Assembly (NCBI GenBank): GCA_041645215.1
Contig: JBAZQK010000003.1
Coordinates: 45,723 to 109,722, forward strand
From: Patescibacteria group bacterium
Lineage (GTDB): Bacteria > Patescibacteriota > Patescibacteriia > Veblenbacterales > UBA10138
Length of the DNA stretch: 64,000 nucleotides
Reading direction: 5' to 3'
Positions 18,720-28,107 of this stretch are shown in pieces (the first letter of the stretch is position 1; each line of letters opens with the position of its first letter). Under the pieces are notes generated by a model. It was given only the letters and a program-made list of their open reading frames with translations. It was not told the DNA's origin and ran no database searches. The position numbers were made by a program, and so were the translations under genes.

Positions 18720-19166
18720 CTATAAATTTTGAAAAACTGTTTTTAGAGTGACTAAATAATTGTTTTTGTCTTTTTGAGCTTCCTTGGCTGTTTCTTTTGT
18801 CTTGGTTAAAAGATTCTTTATCCGCTTACTTAGCCAAGCAAACGAATAAAAAATTATAACCAACCCACCGAAAATGTACATAAGCATATCAAATAGACGT
18901 GACAATAACCACGCCCAGCTGGATAATCCTTCTAGTATCAACCCGCGAGTTACCGGATATAAACAGGCAATGATAACCAAAAGAATAAACCAATCAAAAA
19001 TAGTGGGAAGACCAATTAGGTCCAGCAGAGATGGCCAAGGAACAACTACCTGATTTGCTGGAGAATCACTCACGTTGTTTCTAATAATAATTAGCATATC
19101 CAACGTGAAAAACATTACAACGAGAAAAAGAACCATAGAAAGCAATTTTTTAATTAGCTTTTTCAT
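18720..19166 (-). CDS. Polytopic membrane protein (148 aa)
   Basis: Four predicted TM helices. No motif recognised. Confidence 0.45.
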   Translation of the reverse strand: MKKLIKKLLSMVLFLVVMFFTLDMLIIIRNNVSDSPANQVVVPWPSLLDLIGLPTIFDWFILLVIIACLYPVTRGLILEGLSSWAWLLSRLFDMLMYIFGGLVIIFYSFAWLSKRIKNLLTKTKETAKEAQKDKNNYLVTLKTVFQNL

Positions 19167-19361
19167 TTTAATCCCTTTGGGTTGTTTTTATTTTTGATTA
19201 TTTTTCTACTTTTTTAACTATTTAATATACTCCTTAAATTTGATTTTGTCAAGGGGTTGGAGAGGAATATGGCTTAAATAAGGCCTAAACTAGGGCTAGC
19301 TTATTATACTCCTCTGCTCTCGACTAAGCTAATCTACTCCCAGCTAAGCTAATTGAACGCT

Positions 19362-19392
19362 ATGGGCTTGACAAATCCTGCAGTTTTGCTAT
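19362..19392 (+). promoter_or_regulatory. Sigma70-like promoter candidate upstream of the 19682 gene
   Basis: TTGACA, a 16-nt spacer, then TATGAT (ttgacaaatcctgcagttttgctatgat). A MITE-like element at 19440-19515 lies between this promoter and the gene. Confidence 0.35.
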
Positions 19393-19681
19393 GATGATAC
19401 GTTATAGTTTTTTACTCGCGAACCTTAAAAACCACAGTATTTGTCATTCTGAACAAAGTGAAGAATCTCTTATTTGGGTTCCCCCCGATCCTTCGCTCCG
19501 CTCAGGATGACAATAACTAAATAGTAGTAAATAAACTAGCTACATTATTTTATTGTAGCTAATCGCTCCAGGGGCATATTCTAGCTGTTCACGCGAAAAC
19601 AGCTTCTTACAAATGCCCGGCAGCCGGAGCGATGAAATTCAAAACCCGACCTTCTGCCGGTTGGGGAAATAGGAGTCAAAG

Positions 19682-20221
19682 TTGAAAAAATTAACATTAA
19701 TCTTCGTGGCTATCATATTGATAGCATTCTCTGGCCAAACATTTGGCCAAGAAACAACCACTAACAAAGCCGTAAGGGTTTATGTTGGATATTTCGGGGT
19801 TGTGGGGCCAGAATCTCATCATGGCCCAAGCGCATACTTCAGTTTTCCGCTTAATAAAATGAAACTTCGTCTGGGTTTCTTCGGGCGATCAGTTGCTTGG
19901 GGTACATATGAATCCCGCGGAGGCTTTATCCAACTTTCAAAATTGATAAGCCACCCTGAATCAGATATCAAATTCCGTCTTAATCTTGAAACCACATTCA
20001 GTGCTGAAAATTTAGTTGGAGAGACAGATTTGCCGCATAAGATGGTTACTGTTACTGGCGGCGGATCAATAGTCTTTGATCCAGTAAAAAATTTCAGCAT
20101 TGAATTCAGTTCTGGCATTGGCTATGGAACAATGGTGAGTTTACCAAAAAACTCCTTAGTAAACTCTAACAAAACATCAGTGGCATTATCACTGTCATTA
20201 TCTGCCTCGTATTTTTTCTGA
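19682..20221 (+). CDS. Secreted protein with an N-terminal signal peptide (TTG start)
   Basis: TTG start preceded by a GGAGT RBS. The signal-peptide-like N-terminus is MKKLTLIFVAIILIAFSGQTFGQE. The mature part alternates hydrophobic and polar residues and may be beta-rich. Confidence 0.5.
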   Translation: MKKLTLIFVAIILIAFSGQTFGQETTTNKAVRVYVGYFGVVGPESHHGPSAYFSFPLNKMKLRLGFFGRSVAWGTYESRGGFIQLSKLISHPESDIKFRLNLETTFSAENLVGETDLPHKMVTVTGGGSIVFDPVKNFSIEFSSGIGYGTMVSLPKNSLVNSNKTSVALSLSLSASYFF

Positions 20222-20259
20222 GAATAATAAAACAATATTAACAAATATCGGAGAATAAA

Positions 20260-21015
20260 ATGAATCCTTACATCGTAATCGGAATTGTATTAGTAGTAAT
20301 TGGCGTTGTTGCTCTATATTTTCGCAATAGAAGAAACAACGGCAGAACAGTCACAACAACTGAAAACGTACAAGTTACACCACAACCACAACGGGTTCCT
20401 CTAAACATTGTATCTACTGTCACATTTGCAGACGATCCTAATAACCAACGCACAAATCATGATTGGTTAAGATATCTACTCTATGCAATATTGGCGATAG
20501 CTCTACTAATTGGCGGATATTACCTATTATCTAGCGGCAGTAATAATGACGAACAGTTGGCAAAAATTGAAAAAAAGGTTGATAACGCAAATATCTCAAT
20601 AGCTAATCTGCAAGACAGTTTAAGTCAGCATGATAAAAATGGTAAAACTGGTGGTAAAAATATTGTCAATGCTGTAAATATTGTCGGTGAGCAAGTTACA
20701 AATCAGAATACACTTCTCACTGGTATAAACAAAACAGTTAATCAAAATACCGGCACATTGAAAAACATATCTAATAAGTTAACCGAAATTGACAAGCAAA
20801 TCAAATTACTTGCAGGCGATCAGCAAACTATGTTTGCTAAATATCAGGTATTTATGGCTGAACTAAGAAAATTAAACTCAGACCCAAATGCCACAGCTGA
20901 ACAATTAAGCAAACTCAGCAACAAAATTGATGATCTAAAAGAACAGATCAATAATCTTGAAGTCAAAATTAATAATCTGGAAACATCAAAAAAACAATTA
21001 CAAGACAACGGCTAA
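20260..21015 (+). CDS. Membrane-anchored coiled-coil protein (251 aa)
   Basis: Two TM helices (IVIGIVLVVIGVVALYF and LLYAILAIALLIGGYYLL) and a long heptad-like N/Q/K/L-rich tail. Confidence 0.5.
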   Translation: MNPYIVIGIVLVVIGVVALYFRNRRNNGRTVTTTENVQVTPQPQRVPLNIVSTVTFADDPNNQRTNHDWLRYLLYAILAIALLIGGYYLLSSGSNNDEQLAKIEKKVDNANISIANLQDSLSQHDKNGKTGGKNIVNAVNIVGEQVTNQNTLLTGINKTVNQNTGTLKNISNKLTEIDKQIKLLAGDQQTMFAKYQVFMAELRKLNSDPNATAEQLSKLSNKIDDLKEQINNLEVKINNLETSKKQLQDNG

Positions 21016-21040
21016 CACGCTGCTTGTCACAACTATTTGT

Positions 21041-21072
21041 AGAGCCTGAACACCGGCTCTACTTTTTTTTGT
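21041..21072 (+). terminator. Intrinsic terminator for the 20260-21015 gene, overlapping the 3' end of the convergent 21059-24763 gene
   Basis: A 6-bp stem hairpin (agagcc-tgaacacc-ggctct) followed by T9. Confidence 0.5.
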
Positions 21073-24000
21073 TCAAAAAATCTTTATCCTGTTCAATTAA
21101 CTTATTAGCTCTTAATTTAGCCTGAAACTTAGCATCATCTTCTTCAAGAAGATTAGCCTTATTCTTAGCTGCTAAATATTCAGCACCTGCTTTATTATTG
21201 GCATTCAATTGAGCCTCAATTTTAGCTTCTTCAAAAATTCCTTTTCCATAAGATTTATCAGCTAATACAACTTGATGTTTTATATATTCACCGTAAATTT
21301 TAGCCTCTTCTAAATGACCACTCTTAACCAAAGATTCATGAATCTTTAAGTCATTATGTAAAACCCTGGCTGTCATTTGAACTTGTTGACTTAAAAAACC
21401 TGGATCCTTATGAATAAACACACCATTACTTCCTCTTTGATGTATAACCTCCATAAACTTATCCGCCAAGGCAACTTCTTGCAAGTCTTTAGTAAAAACT
21501 CCACCTTGCATCATTCCATTAAAAGTTGTTTTAAGGTTTCCCTTATTATCATAATCCATAATCAATTTACCACCATTAACTGAAATTTCTTTATGAGTCG
21601 GGACGGTTTCTAAATTTTGAGATAATTCTGTACCTGCTTTTTGCCCAGCCAATTTAGAACCCTCCAATACTTGGCTTTGACTTGCTATACCCTTAGTACC
21701 AGTTACCCTACTTAACTCCTCGCCCACGGTGCCGGATTTACCAGTATAATCAGCGCCTAAGGTTTTATGCAAATACTCATAAACCTTGTCACCGCCGCCG
21801 TCGGATAAGCCAAATAGCTTGCTGGTGTGGTCTATAATATTACTTTCGGTAGCATCACCGCACTTTAAGCTTAAAATATAATCAGCGTTATTCTCGCCGA
21901 CGGTTGATTTAATCCCATTATATAAAGCGTACTCCTGGGCATACTGGCCGGTTAATTTGTTGAGCGAACTGCTTAACGCCTGCATACTAAACTGATCCTT
22001 GGCTAGGGGCGCGTTTAACTGTTCACCCGACAACGGTGATTTAAGATTAGTAACTAACTCGCCGCCCACCACATCAGCTTTAAAACCACCCGGCATACTA
22101 GCCTTACCGTCGTGAACCAGTTCCAGCCAGCTGTTCGGCTTATTGGCATAAGTATGAACATCCGCCATATTGATATTGGCAAAACCCTGATTACGCAAAG
22201 ATTTAAACGCCGCGTAATCCATACCAGCTTCGGTTGAAGACAATGATTTATAATTTTCTTTTAGAAAATCCTTAAAGTCAGTTTCGTGGAAATAACCAGC
22301 CCGGCCATTAACGACTTTATCTATAACGCTTAAGTTTTCAGTTTGGGCCGCGGTTAAATTGCCCTTGCTTAATAAATCCACCCCGGCCCAGCGGGCCATT
22401 TCCGCTTGGTAGCCTAGAGGTAACTTATCGCCGGAACGGGGCAAGTTGTCAGAAATAACTGTTAAATTTTTATCTATCACGGCAAATTTATTATGAGCGT
22501 CAACTAATTGTTGTGTCACACTACGGTGGTCGTCAGCTAAAAACCGTACGGTATCAACCGAATTATTCTGCCTATCCAACAAAGTCGCATAACTCAACCT
22601 GCCGGTAAAAGGGCTGTCGCCTAACTTGGTCTCTCCGGCCCACATACGCAAATCAGAATTAGAAAAATGTTCGGTTCCATCGGGTAGGTCGCTATCGTAA
22701 TGCACCATAGTGTAACGCGAATGCTCGCTGCCATCGAGTGAACTAAACACTTCCCATTTGTTATTCAATAACGGATTAACATCAACTTTAGGCTGAACTG
22801 ATGGAATATCTACACCCGCGCCACCACTTCCCTTAGCCACATGTTGATACAAATCTTCCTTAGCCAAGCCTTCGCCAAATTTATAATGCCATTTACCGTC
22901 ACTGCCTTGTTCTAATAAAACCTTATCGCCGATGGCGCCGGATTTAAGACGCAAATCATAAGCCTGGCCGCCAGAAGTAACTCCAGCCACAGCCTTATCG
23001 CCAACTTGAGTATTTAAGGCCGCTTCATGAGCTAATTTACCGGCAAAAGATTTAACTGCTTTGATATCTTGCAAATCACCGGCATAACCAAATTTGCGCG
23101 GGTCATCCATAATTTGTTGAATGCCCTTGGTTTCAATGCCCTGGCCTTCAGCCACAGTCGTGATAACTGAATCTTTAGCCAAGTGCGCGCTAATTTCCTC
23201 GGCTGAAGGAACTTTTTGGCCAGCAAACATATCCTGGTACTCGCTCATAAAAGCCCGCCATTCGTCCGGCCCCCATTGACCACTGGCCTTAACGCCGCCG
23301 AAACTATGTTCCAAATTATGCAAATAATCAACCAAACCACTAACTTGTCCGGCTGGCCAGTTTGACACATTGGGAATCTTGCCAAAAAATTTAGCCGACA
23401 AACGATCAATTTCCTGGCCATATTGTAGTAATTGCTCCTGGGTTAAACCACTGGCACCTACATTTCCAGAACCAGTCACCTCCTGCACACCCTTGCCAAT
23501 TATTTTACCAAGTAAACCAGCGCCGACCGCTACTCCAAAAGCGGCTGACAGAGTAGCTCGCGCCACAGCTTTATTTCTGGCCTGGGCTTTAACTGAAGCA
23601 AAAGTTTCATCTAATTCCTCAATTTCCGCCTTTATTACCTCATCGGTAACCTTGCCTTGTTTTATTTCTGTCTCCAACCTCTCTTTATATTGTTCCTTTA
23701 ATGCCTGGTAAGCTTCATTCTTACTAACATCTTCGTGTTTTTTTCTGGCTGACAATTCAAAATGCTGCAAACGCAATCTTAATTCATCTTTACTTAAATT
23801 AACTATTTCTTCAGCCTTTAATTCGCTCTCCTTGCCTTTGGTTTTGGCCCAATGTTCACTCAAGCCTTTGGTACCTTCGTGCACACCAATAGCCGAAGAC
23901 GCCCCGCTAAAGATACGCCTAAATCCTAACAGGCCGGCCGAAGTTAAACCGGCTCCCATAGTAGCCGCGCCCACGCCGGCACCAAACAAACCCACCCCGA

Positions 24001-24763
24001 TTAATGTTCTGGCCGAAACCGTACGCATTAAAAACTTGCCAAATTTGGTTTTAGCCTGATGGCCTGTCCATTTTTCAAGATTTTGGTCACCCAGCCACTT
24101 ATAACCTTGTTTCACTTTTTCCCAGACTTTATGCCGCTGCTGCAGGTCTGAATATTCCTGGGTTTCTTGATAAGCCGCTACCGCTTTATCATAATCAAAA
24201 ATTTTACCTAGAACTTTTTGAGTGCCATCTGGCAGACTTTCCGTTAAGTCTTCCTGAAAACTTCCCGCGGGTTGTTTAGCCACCCACTGTTTAAATAAAT
24301 CAGGGTTAATGCCCAGCGCCAGAGTGCGCTCCAGGCGCGAATCTTCATACAAAAACCGGCGAATGCTGTTTTTATTATAGTCAGCTCGCTTGGTTTCATA
24401 AAACTTTTTAGCCACCGCGTATTCATCCCTTAAACCCGTCTTGGTCTTCTTGTCCTCCAGGGCGGCATATTTTTCCCGCGCTTGATTAAACTCAGTCAAG
24501 GACTGGCGTAGTTGATGGATTTTTTGCGTTTTTAAATCGCGTTCAATCACTTCTTTCTCCGGAGCTATGGCTGACGCCGTGCCTTGATAGCGTTCATTAT
24601 AAAATTGCTTATCCTCGGCGGTCCAGTCTTCAATTTTTTTATCTCGCAACGCTTCCAACTTCTTAATATCATCAGCACTTAAAACGCGTTTACCTTCAGG
24701 AATATTTTCCCAAGGATTAGGCGTCTTAAGATGGGGCGGTGGCGGGACATTCATATTGACCAT
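21059..24763 (-). CDS. Giant (1234 aa) protein: N-terminal coiled-coil region, a glycine-zipper TM segment, and a C-terminal domain of about 900 aa with unknown function
   Basis: Long ORF. The N-terminus is K/E-rich and heptad-like. The TM segment is FGKFLMRTVSARTLIGVGLFGAGVGAATMGAGLTSAGLLGF with GxxxG repeats. The C-terminal part is large, with no motif I can assign. It is the last gene of a tightly spaced four-gene minus-strand operon. Confidence 0.6.
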   Translation of the reverse strand: MVNMNVPPPPHLKTPNPWENIPEGKRVLSADDIKKLEALRDKKIEDWTAEDKQFYNERYQGTASAIAPEKEVIERDLKTQKIHQLRQSLTEFNQAREKYAALEDKKTKTGLRDEYAVAKKFYETKRADYNKNSIRRFLYEDSRLERTLALGINPDLFKQWVAKQPAGSFQEDLTESLPDGTQKVLGKIFDYDKAVAAYQETQEYSDLQQRHKVWEKVKQGYKWLGDQNLEKWTGHQAKTKFGKFLMRTVSARTLIGVGLFGAGVGAATMGAGLTSAGLLGFRRIFSGASSAIGVHEGTKGLSEHWAKTKGKESELKAEEIVNLSKDELRLRLQHFELSARKKHEDVSKNEAYQALKEQYKERLETEIKQGKVTDEVIKAEIEELDETFASVKAQARNKAVARATLSAAFGVAVGAGLLGKIIGKGVQEVTGSGNVGASGLTQEQLLQYGQEIDRLSAKFFGKIPNVSNWPAGQVSGLVDYLHNLEHSFGGVKASGQWGPDEWRAFMSEYQDMFAGQKVPSAEEISAHLAKDSVITTVAEGQGIETKGIQQIMDDPRKFGYAGDLQDIKAVKSFAGKLAHEAALNTQVGDKAVAGVTSGGQAYDLRLKSGAIGDKVLLEQGSDGKWHYKFGEGLAKEDLYQHVAKGSGGAGVDIPSVQPKVDVNPLLNNKWEVFSSLDGSEHSRYTMVHYDSDLPDGTEHFSNSDLRMWAGETKLGDSPFTGRLSYATLLDRQNNSVDTVRFLADDHRSVTQQLVDAHNKFAVIDKNLTVISDNLPRSGDKLPLGYQAEMARWAGVDLLSKGNLTAAQTENLSVIDKVVNGRAGYFHETDFKDFLKENYKSLSSTEAGMDYAAFKSLRNQGFANINMADVHTYANKPNSWLELVHDGKASMPGGFKADVVGGELVTNLKSPLSGEQLNAPLAKDQFSMQALSSSLNKLTGQYAQEYALYNGIKSTVGENNADYILSLKCGDATESNIIDHTSKLFGLSDGGGDKVYEYLHKTLGADYTGKSGTVGEELSRVTGTKGIASQSQVLEGSKLAGQKAGTELSQNLETVPTHKEISVNGGKLIMDYDNKGNLKTTFNGMMQGGVFTKDLQEVALADKFMEVIHQRGSNGVFIHKDPGFLSQQVQMTARVLHNDLKIHESLVKSGHLEEAKIYGEYIKHQVVLADKSYGKGIFEEAKIEAQLNANNKAGAEYLAAKNKANLLEEDDAKFQAKLRANKLIEQDKDFLNKKK

Positions 24764-24780
24764 ATACTATTTAAAAATAA

Positions 24781-25119
24781 TTAAGCGGCGCGAGCCGAAA
24801 CCAAGCCGCTTAATTCCATTTTCAAAATCTCGACTTCTTCTAAAAGCATCTCCAAACTTTCCGGAATATATTGGTTAAGAACCTCCAACTTTTCGTCTAT
24901 GCCGGATTGCAACAATTTAGTTTGGTCAAGTTCTGGAATTTGCGCCAAGCGTTGCGCAATTCGCCTAAGCCAACGTTGTTCTACGGTATTGCAAAGTTCC
25001 TCCAGTAAAACAGCCTTATCATCTGGCGATAAGGCTTGCAAACTAAAACTATCCCACAAATCATCCTTCAGCATCTGCGCAACATTTTTGTCAGCTGATT
25101 TTTTGGCTGATTTTACCAT
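24781..25119 (-). CDS. Small acidic alpha-helical protein (112 aa)
   Basis: Sits 18 bp upstream of the giant protein gene. It is acidic and predicted helical, with no motif. Confidence 0.45.
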   Translation of the reverse strand: MVKSAKKSADKNVAQMLKDDLWDSFSLQALSPDDKAVLLEELCNTVEQRWLRRIAQRLAQIPELDQTKLLQSGIDEKLEVLNQYIPESLEMLLEEVEILKMELSGLVSARAA

Positions 25120-25195
25120 AAATCATTGATTAGTTCTCGGTAGTAATTTTAACATACTATTATAATGCAGAAATCATCGCTTGTCAATCCTAAAA

Positions 25196-27997
25196 CTAAC
25201 CACTACTCTCTATGACTGGCAACCCAAACTTTCTACATTCTTTTTCTCGGTAGATTATTTTCCATTGTTCAACTATTCTGGTAACCGCCTGCTCACTGGT
25301 TTCACCGGCCGCCACGTATTCAGCCGGTGATTTATTAATTGCCGCCAGAGCTGCTTCGTTAAATCTCGGGAGATTCTGCTCCAAGACTTTTTCTAAATTC
25401 GTTAATTTAGCAATTTCTTTCTCTGTTGCCGAAAGCTCACGGCTAAATTTCAGACCATTATATTCAAATACCTCCGCCACCACCTTATCCACAGCAACAA
25501 CTTGTTTCTTATCTTCTGGCGGTGGAGTTGTGTCCACTTGAACCGGCTGAGCAGGAATAGTTTTAACAAACACCGGTTCCACTCTGCCTAGTTTTTTCTT
25601 TGGCTCTTCAACTGTTGGTTTTTCTGCTTCTACCACTTTACCAGGCGTTGGTTTTATTAATCCGCCTTTTTCCAAATAATCTTTAACCTTGCCTTGCGGC
25701 ACGTAACTGGGCGCCAGTTGGTCTAAAATATCTTTAAGACTGACTTCAAGCGGCGTACCATCCAGTGGTTTAACCCACATCGCCCCGCGCACCGGCACGC
25801 CTTGTTTAAGATTTAAAATTTTACTCAAATCCACACTATCGTTTACAGTATTAACCATAAAACTCATCCGTCCTGGGTTATAACTGATTAACCCGTCAAA
25901 ACCATTTACTTTAATAGCGTCATGGCCAGCCTTGAGTCTTTTTTCCCCATCAAAGCCAATCAAATTCACTACCCAGCGCATGGGTTGGCCATTTATTTCC
26001 GTAGTAATTAAAGTGCCTGCTTTAATTAATTCCTCATCAGTTTTTTTAACAGACTTATTCTCCTGACCATTCTTTTTATAAAACCACTCGGCGGCTTGAA
26101 CTATGCTGAAATTTTGATTAGTTGATTGCCTATATAAGTCATATTCAGTTAACTCTTCTCGTGTTAAGGGAGTATCCAAAACTTTTTGATAATCGCCTTC
26201 GTGCCAGCGCCACAGCTTTTTATTATCACCTTTTTCCTCTGCATTGCCAGGTACTGGATTTAATTTACTGTTTAGAAATTCATAAATATCATCAATTTTC
26301 ATGGTGCGATGCAAACCGCGTAAGGTTGACTTGCTGGACAAAAACTGATTAACGTTATTTATCATACCGGCATTATCGTCATCCACGGTTATTTGGGCCA
26401 GGGCGTGGCCGATTTCCGGATTAAATTTTTTGGCCGGGTCAGTTTCAGCTTTGGCTTGACGGCTAAACAGTCCGCTGTCATTCAAAATATTAAAAAGTAC
26501 CAAAGCGGTCGAGGTTTTAAAACCACGCTCGCGTTGATGATTATCTGCTATGATGGTAGTTTGACCAGCTGTATTGACCTTAAACTTTAGGCCTGAAGTA
26601 TAACCCATATCCACCACCACCCCGGGAGGTAAGTCCACACCATGAGGCAAGGCTGTAGCGTTAAGGGCCTTATCCAAACCGGCTTTTTGGAAAAAATACA
26701 AAGCCGCCGCCGCGTCTGTATCAGCATCTTTGCTTAAGTAATATTTATTTTCTTTATCGCCGGGATTTTCTTTACCATACAACCAGCGGCCGCTGTAATA
26801 AAAATCCTGCCACACGCTTTTTAAACCTTCTACCAAAGCTTTACTGACTTCGGTCCAATCAGCTTGGTCTAATTTTTCGTCCAACTTAAAATTAGCCTTT
26901 GCCAACTCGCTGGTTTTCTTAAAGCTGCCCAATTGGGCTGGCAAGATTTTAGATAAAATTCGCGCGGCTGGATTTTCTTTTTTAGCCCGCATATCAACTT
27001 TTTCAAATTTTCCATTTCTAAGGCTATCCTCTAGGGTTTTGTCACCTTTATCAATCAAACTGACCTCATCTTCGGCTAAAAATTCCGCCTCCGCCGGATT
27101 CAAATCACGCAAAAATAACTTCAAGGTTGTCTGCCAGTGAGGGTCTGCCATATAAGCCTTGGCTTCGGGCGCTAATTTGACGTCTTCTGGTTTGCCAAAA
27201 AATTCAGCTTTCATTTGTTCACGCGTCATCCCCTTAACATACATTTGGCATAAAAAACCATAAATCTCACCATCACGTAATGATTTAGGTTTGTCGGCTT
27301 CTTTTTTAACCAAAGGCAAATTTAAGTTTTCAATTATTAATTTGCCTGACTTAATATCACCTAGCAACATCCCGGCAACCACACGGATATAACCACGTAT
27401 TAAATTATTAAAATCGTGGCCTTGTGATTTGTTGTCGTTAACTGGTGATTTTTTACCATCAACCTGTTTCTTTTTGCTATTAAAAAGTCCGGCAGATAAT
27501 CGCGCGTCAAATTCTGGATTTTTAGCCAAGGCTTGTAAATCTTCCCCAGACAACTCCCCGCTTTTTAATTGTTCGGCCAGTCTGTCATAAACTGTTTGTT
27601 TAACTTTTGACTCATCCTCTGCGCTCCGCTTGTGTGGCACTCTTATTTCATCATCAGAATAAAAATAATCCGAACTTTTAAAATTATTAAGTTCAAAAAA
27701 ATGACCGTCAGGTTTACGGCCTGCTTGGTTTTCTGTTGATTTGTCAGAAAACTCTTTTGAACCGGAGTTTAATTCATTGTTTGAATTTGTCTGGTTGTTG
27801 ATTTTAACTTCATTACTACTAACAGAACCATCCAACTTGCCTTCTGGTGGATTTGGCGAATTACCTTGTTCTTTTGGCGGTACTTCATTATTACCAGGAT
27901 TAGATCCGACTTGATTGTTTATAAGGCCCTCAAGTTTATCTCCACCTGGAAAATCTTTTATAAGCATATTATAATTATACTTAAAAATGGTACTCAT
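25196..27997 (-). CDS. Large (933 aa) protein with an N-terminal low-complexity region and a degenerate DHH-phosphoesterase-like core
   Basis: A DHH-like motif I (KDADTDAAAALYFFQKAG), motif II (GVVVDMGYTSG) and a DHH-like motif III with DNH instead of DHH (TTIIADNHQRE). The N-terminal 120 aa are N/S/G/P-rich. Confidence 0.45.
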   Translation of the reverse strand: MSTIFKYNYNMLIKDFPGGDKLEGLINNQVGSNPGNNEVPPKEQGNSPNPPEGKLDGSVSSNEVKINNQTNSNNELNSGSKEFSDKSTENQAGRKPDGHFFELNNFKSSDYFYSDDEIRVPHKRSAEDESKVKQTVYDRLAEQLKSGELSGEDLQALAKNPEFDARLSAGLFNSKKKQVDGKKSPVNDNKSQGHDFNNLIRGYIRVVAGMLLGDIKSGKLIIENLNLPLVKKEADKPKSLRDGEIYGFLCQMYVKGMTREQMKAEFFGKPEDVKLAPEAKAYMADPHWQTTLKLFLRDLNPAEAEFLAEDEVSLIDKGDKTLEDSLRNGKFEKVDMRAKKENPAARILSKILPAQLGSFKKTSELAKANFKLDEKLDQADWTEVSKALVEGLKSVWQDFYYSGRWLYGKENPGDKENKYYLSKDADTDAAAALYFFQKAGLDKALNATALPHGVDLPPGVVVDMGYTSGLKFKVNTAGQTTIIADNHQRERGFKTSTALVLFNILNDSGLFSRQAKAETDPAKKFNPEIGHALAQITVDDDNAGMINNVNQFLSSKSTLRGLHRTMKIDDIYEFLNSKLNPVPGNAEEKGDNKKLWRWHEGDYQKVLDTPLTREELTEYDLYRQSTNQNFSIVQAAEWFYKKNGQENKSVKKTDEELIKAGTLITTEINGQPMRWVVNLIGFDGEKRLKAGHDAIKVNGFDGLISYNPGRMSFMVNTVNDSVDLSKILNLKQGVPVRGAMWVKPLDGTPLEVSLKDILDQLAPSYVPQGKVKDYLEKGGLIKPTPGKVVEAEKPTVEEPKKKLGRVEPVFVKTIPAQPVQVDTTPPPEDKKQVVAVDKVVAEVFEYNGLKFSRELSATEKEIAKLTNLEKVLEQNLPRFNEAALAAINKSPAEYVAAGETSEQAVTRIVEQWKIIYREKECRKFGLPVIESSG

Positions 27998-28107
27998 GTC
28001 AAGTTTTTTTTAACAGTTTTTTTAACCCATCTTTAGCATTTCATACGTTTCTTCTTGTATCATAAATCTTAAAAGACTACTTAATCAACCTCACAATCTG
28101 ATAATAA

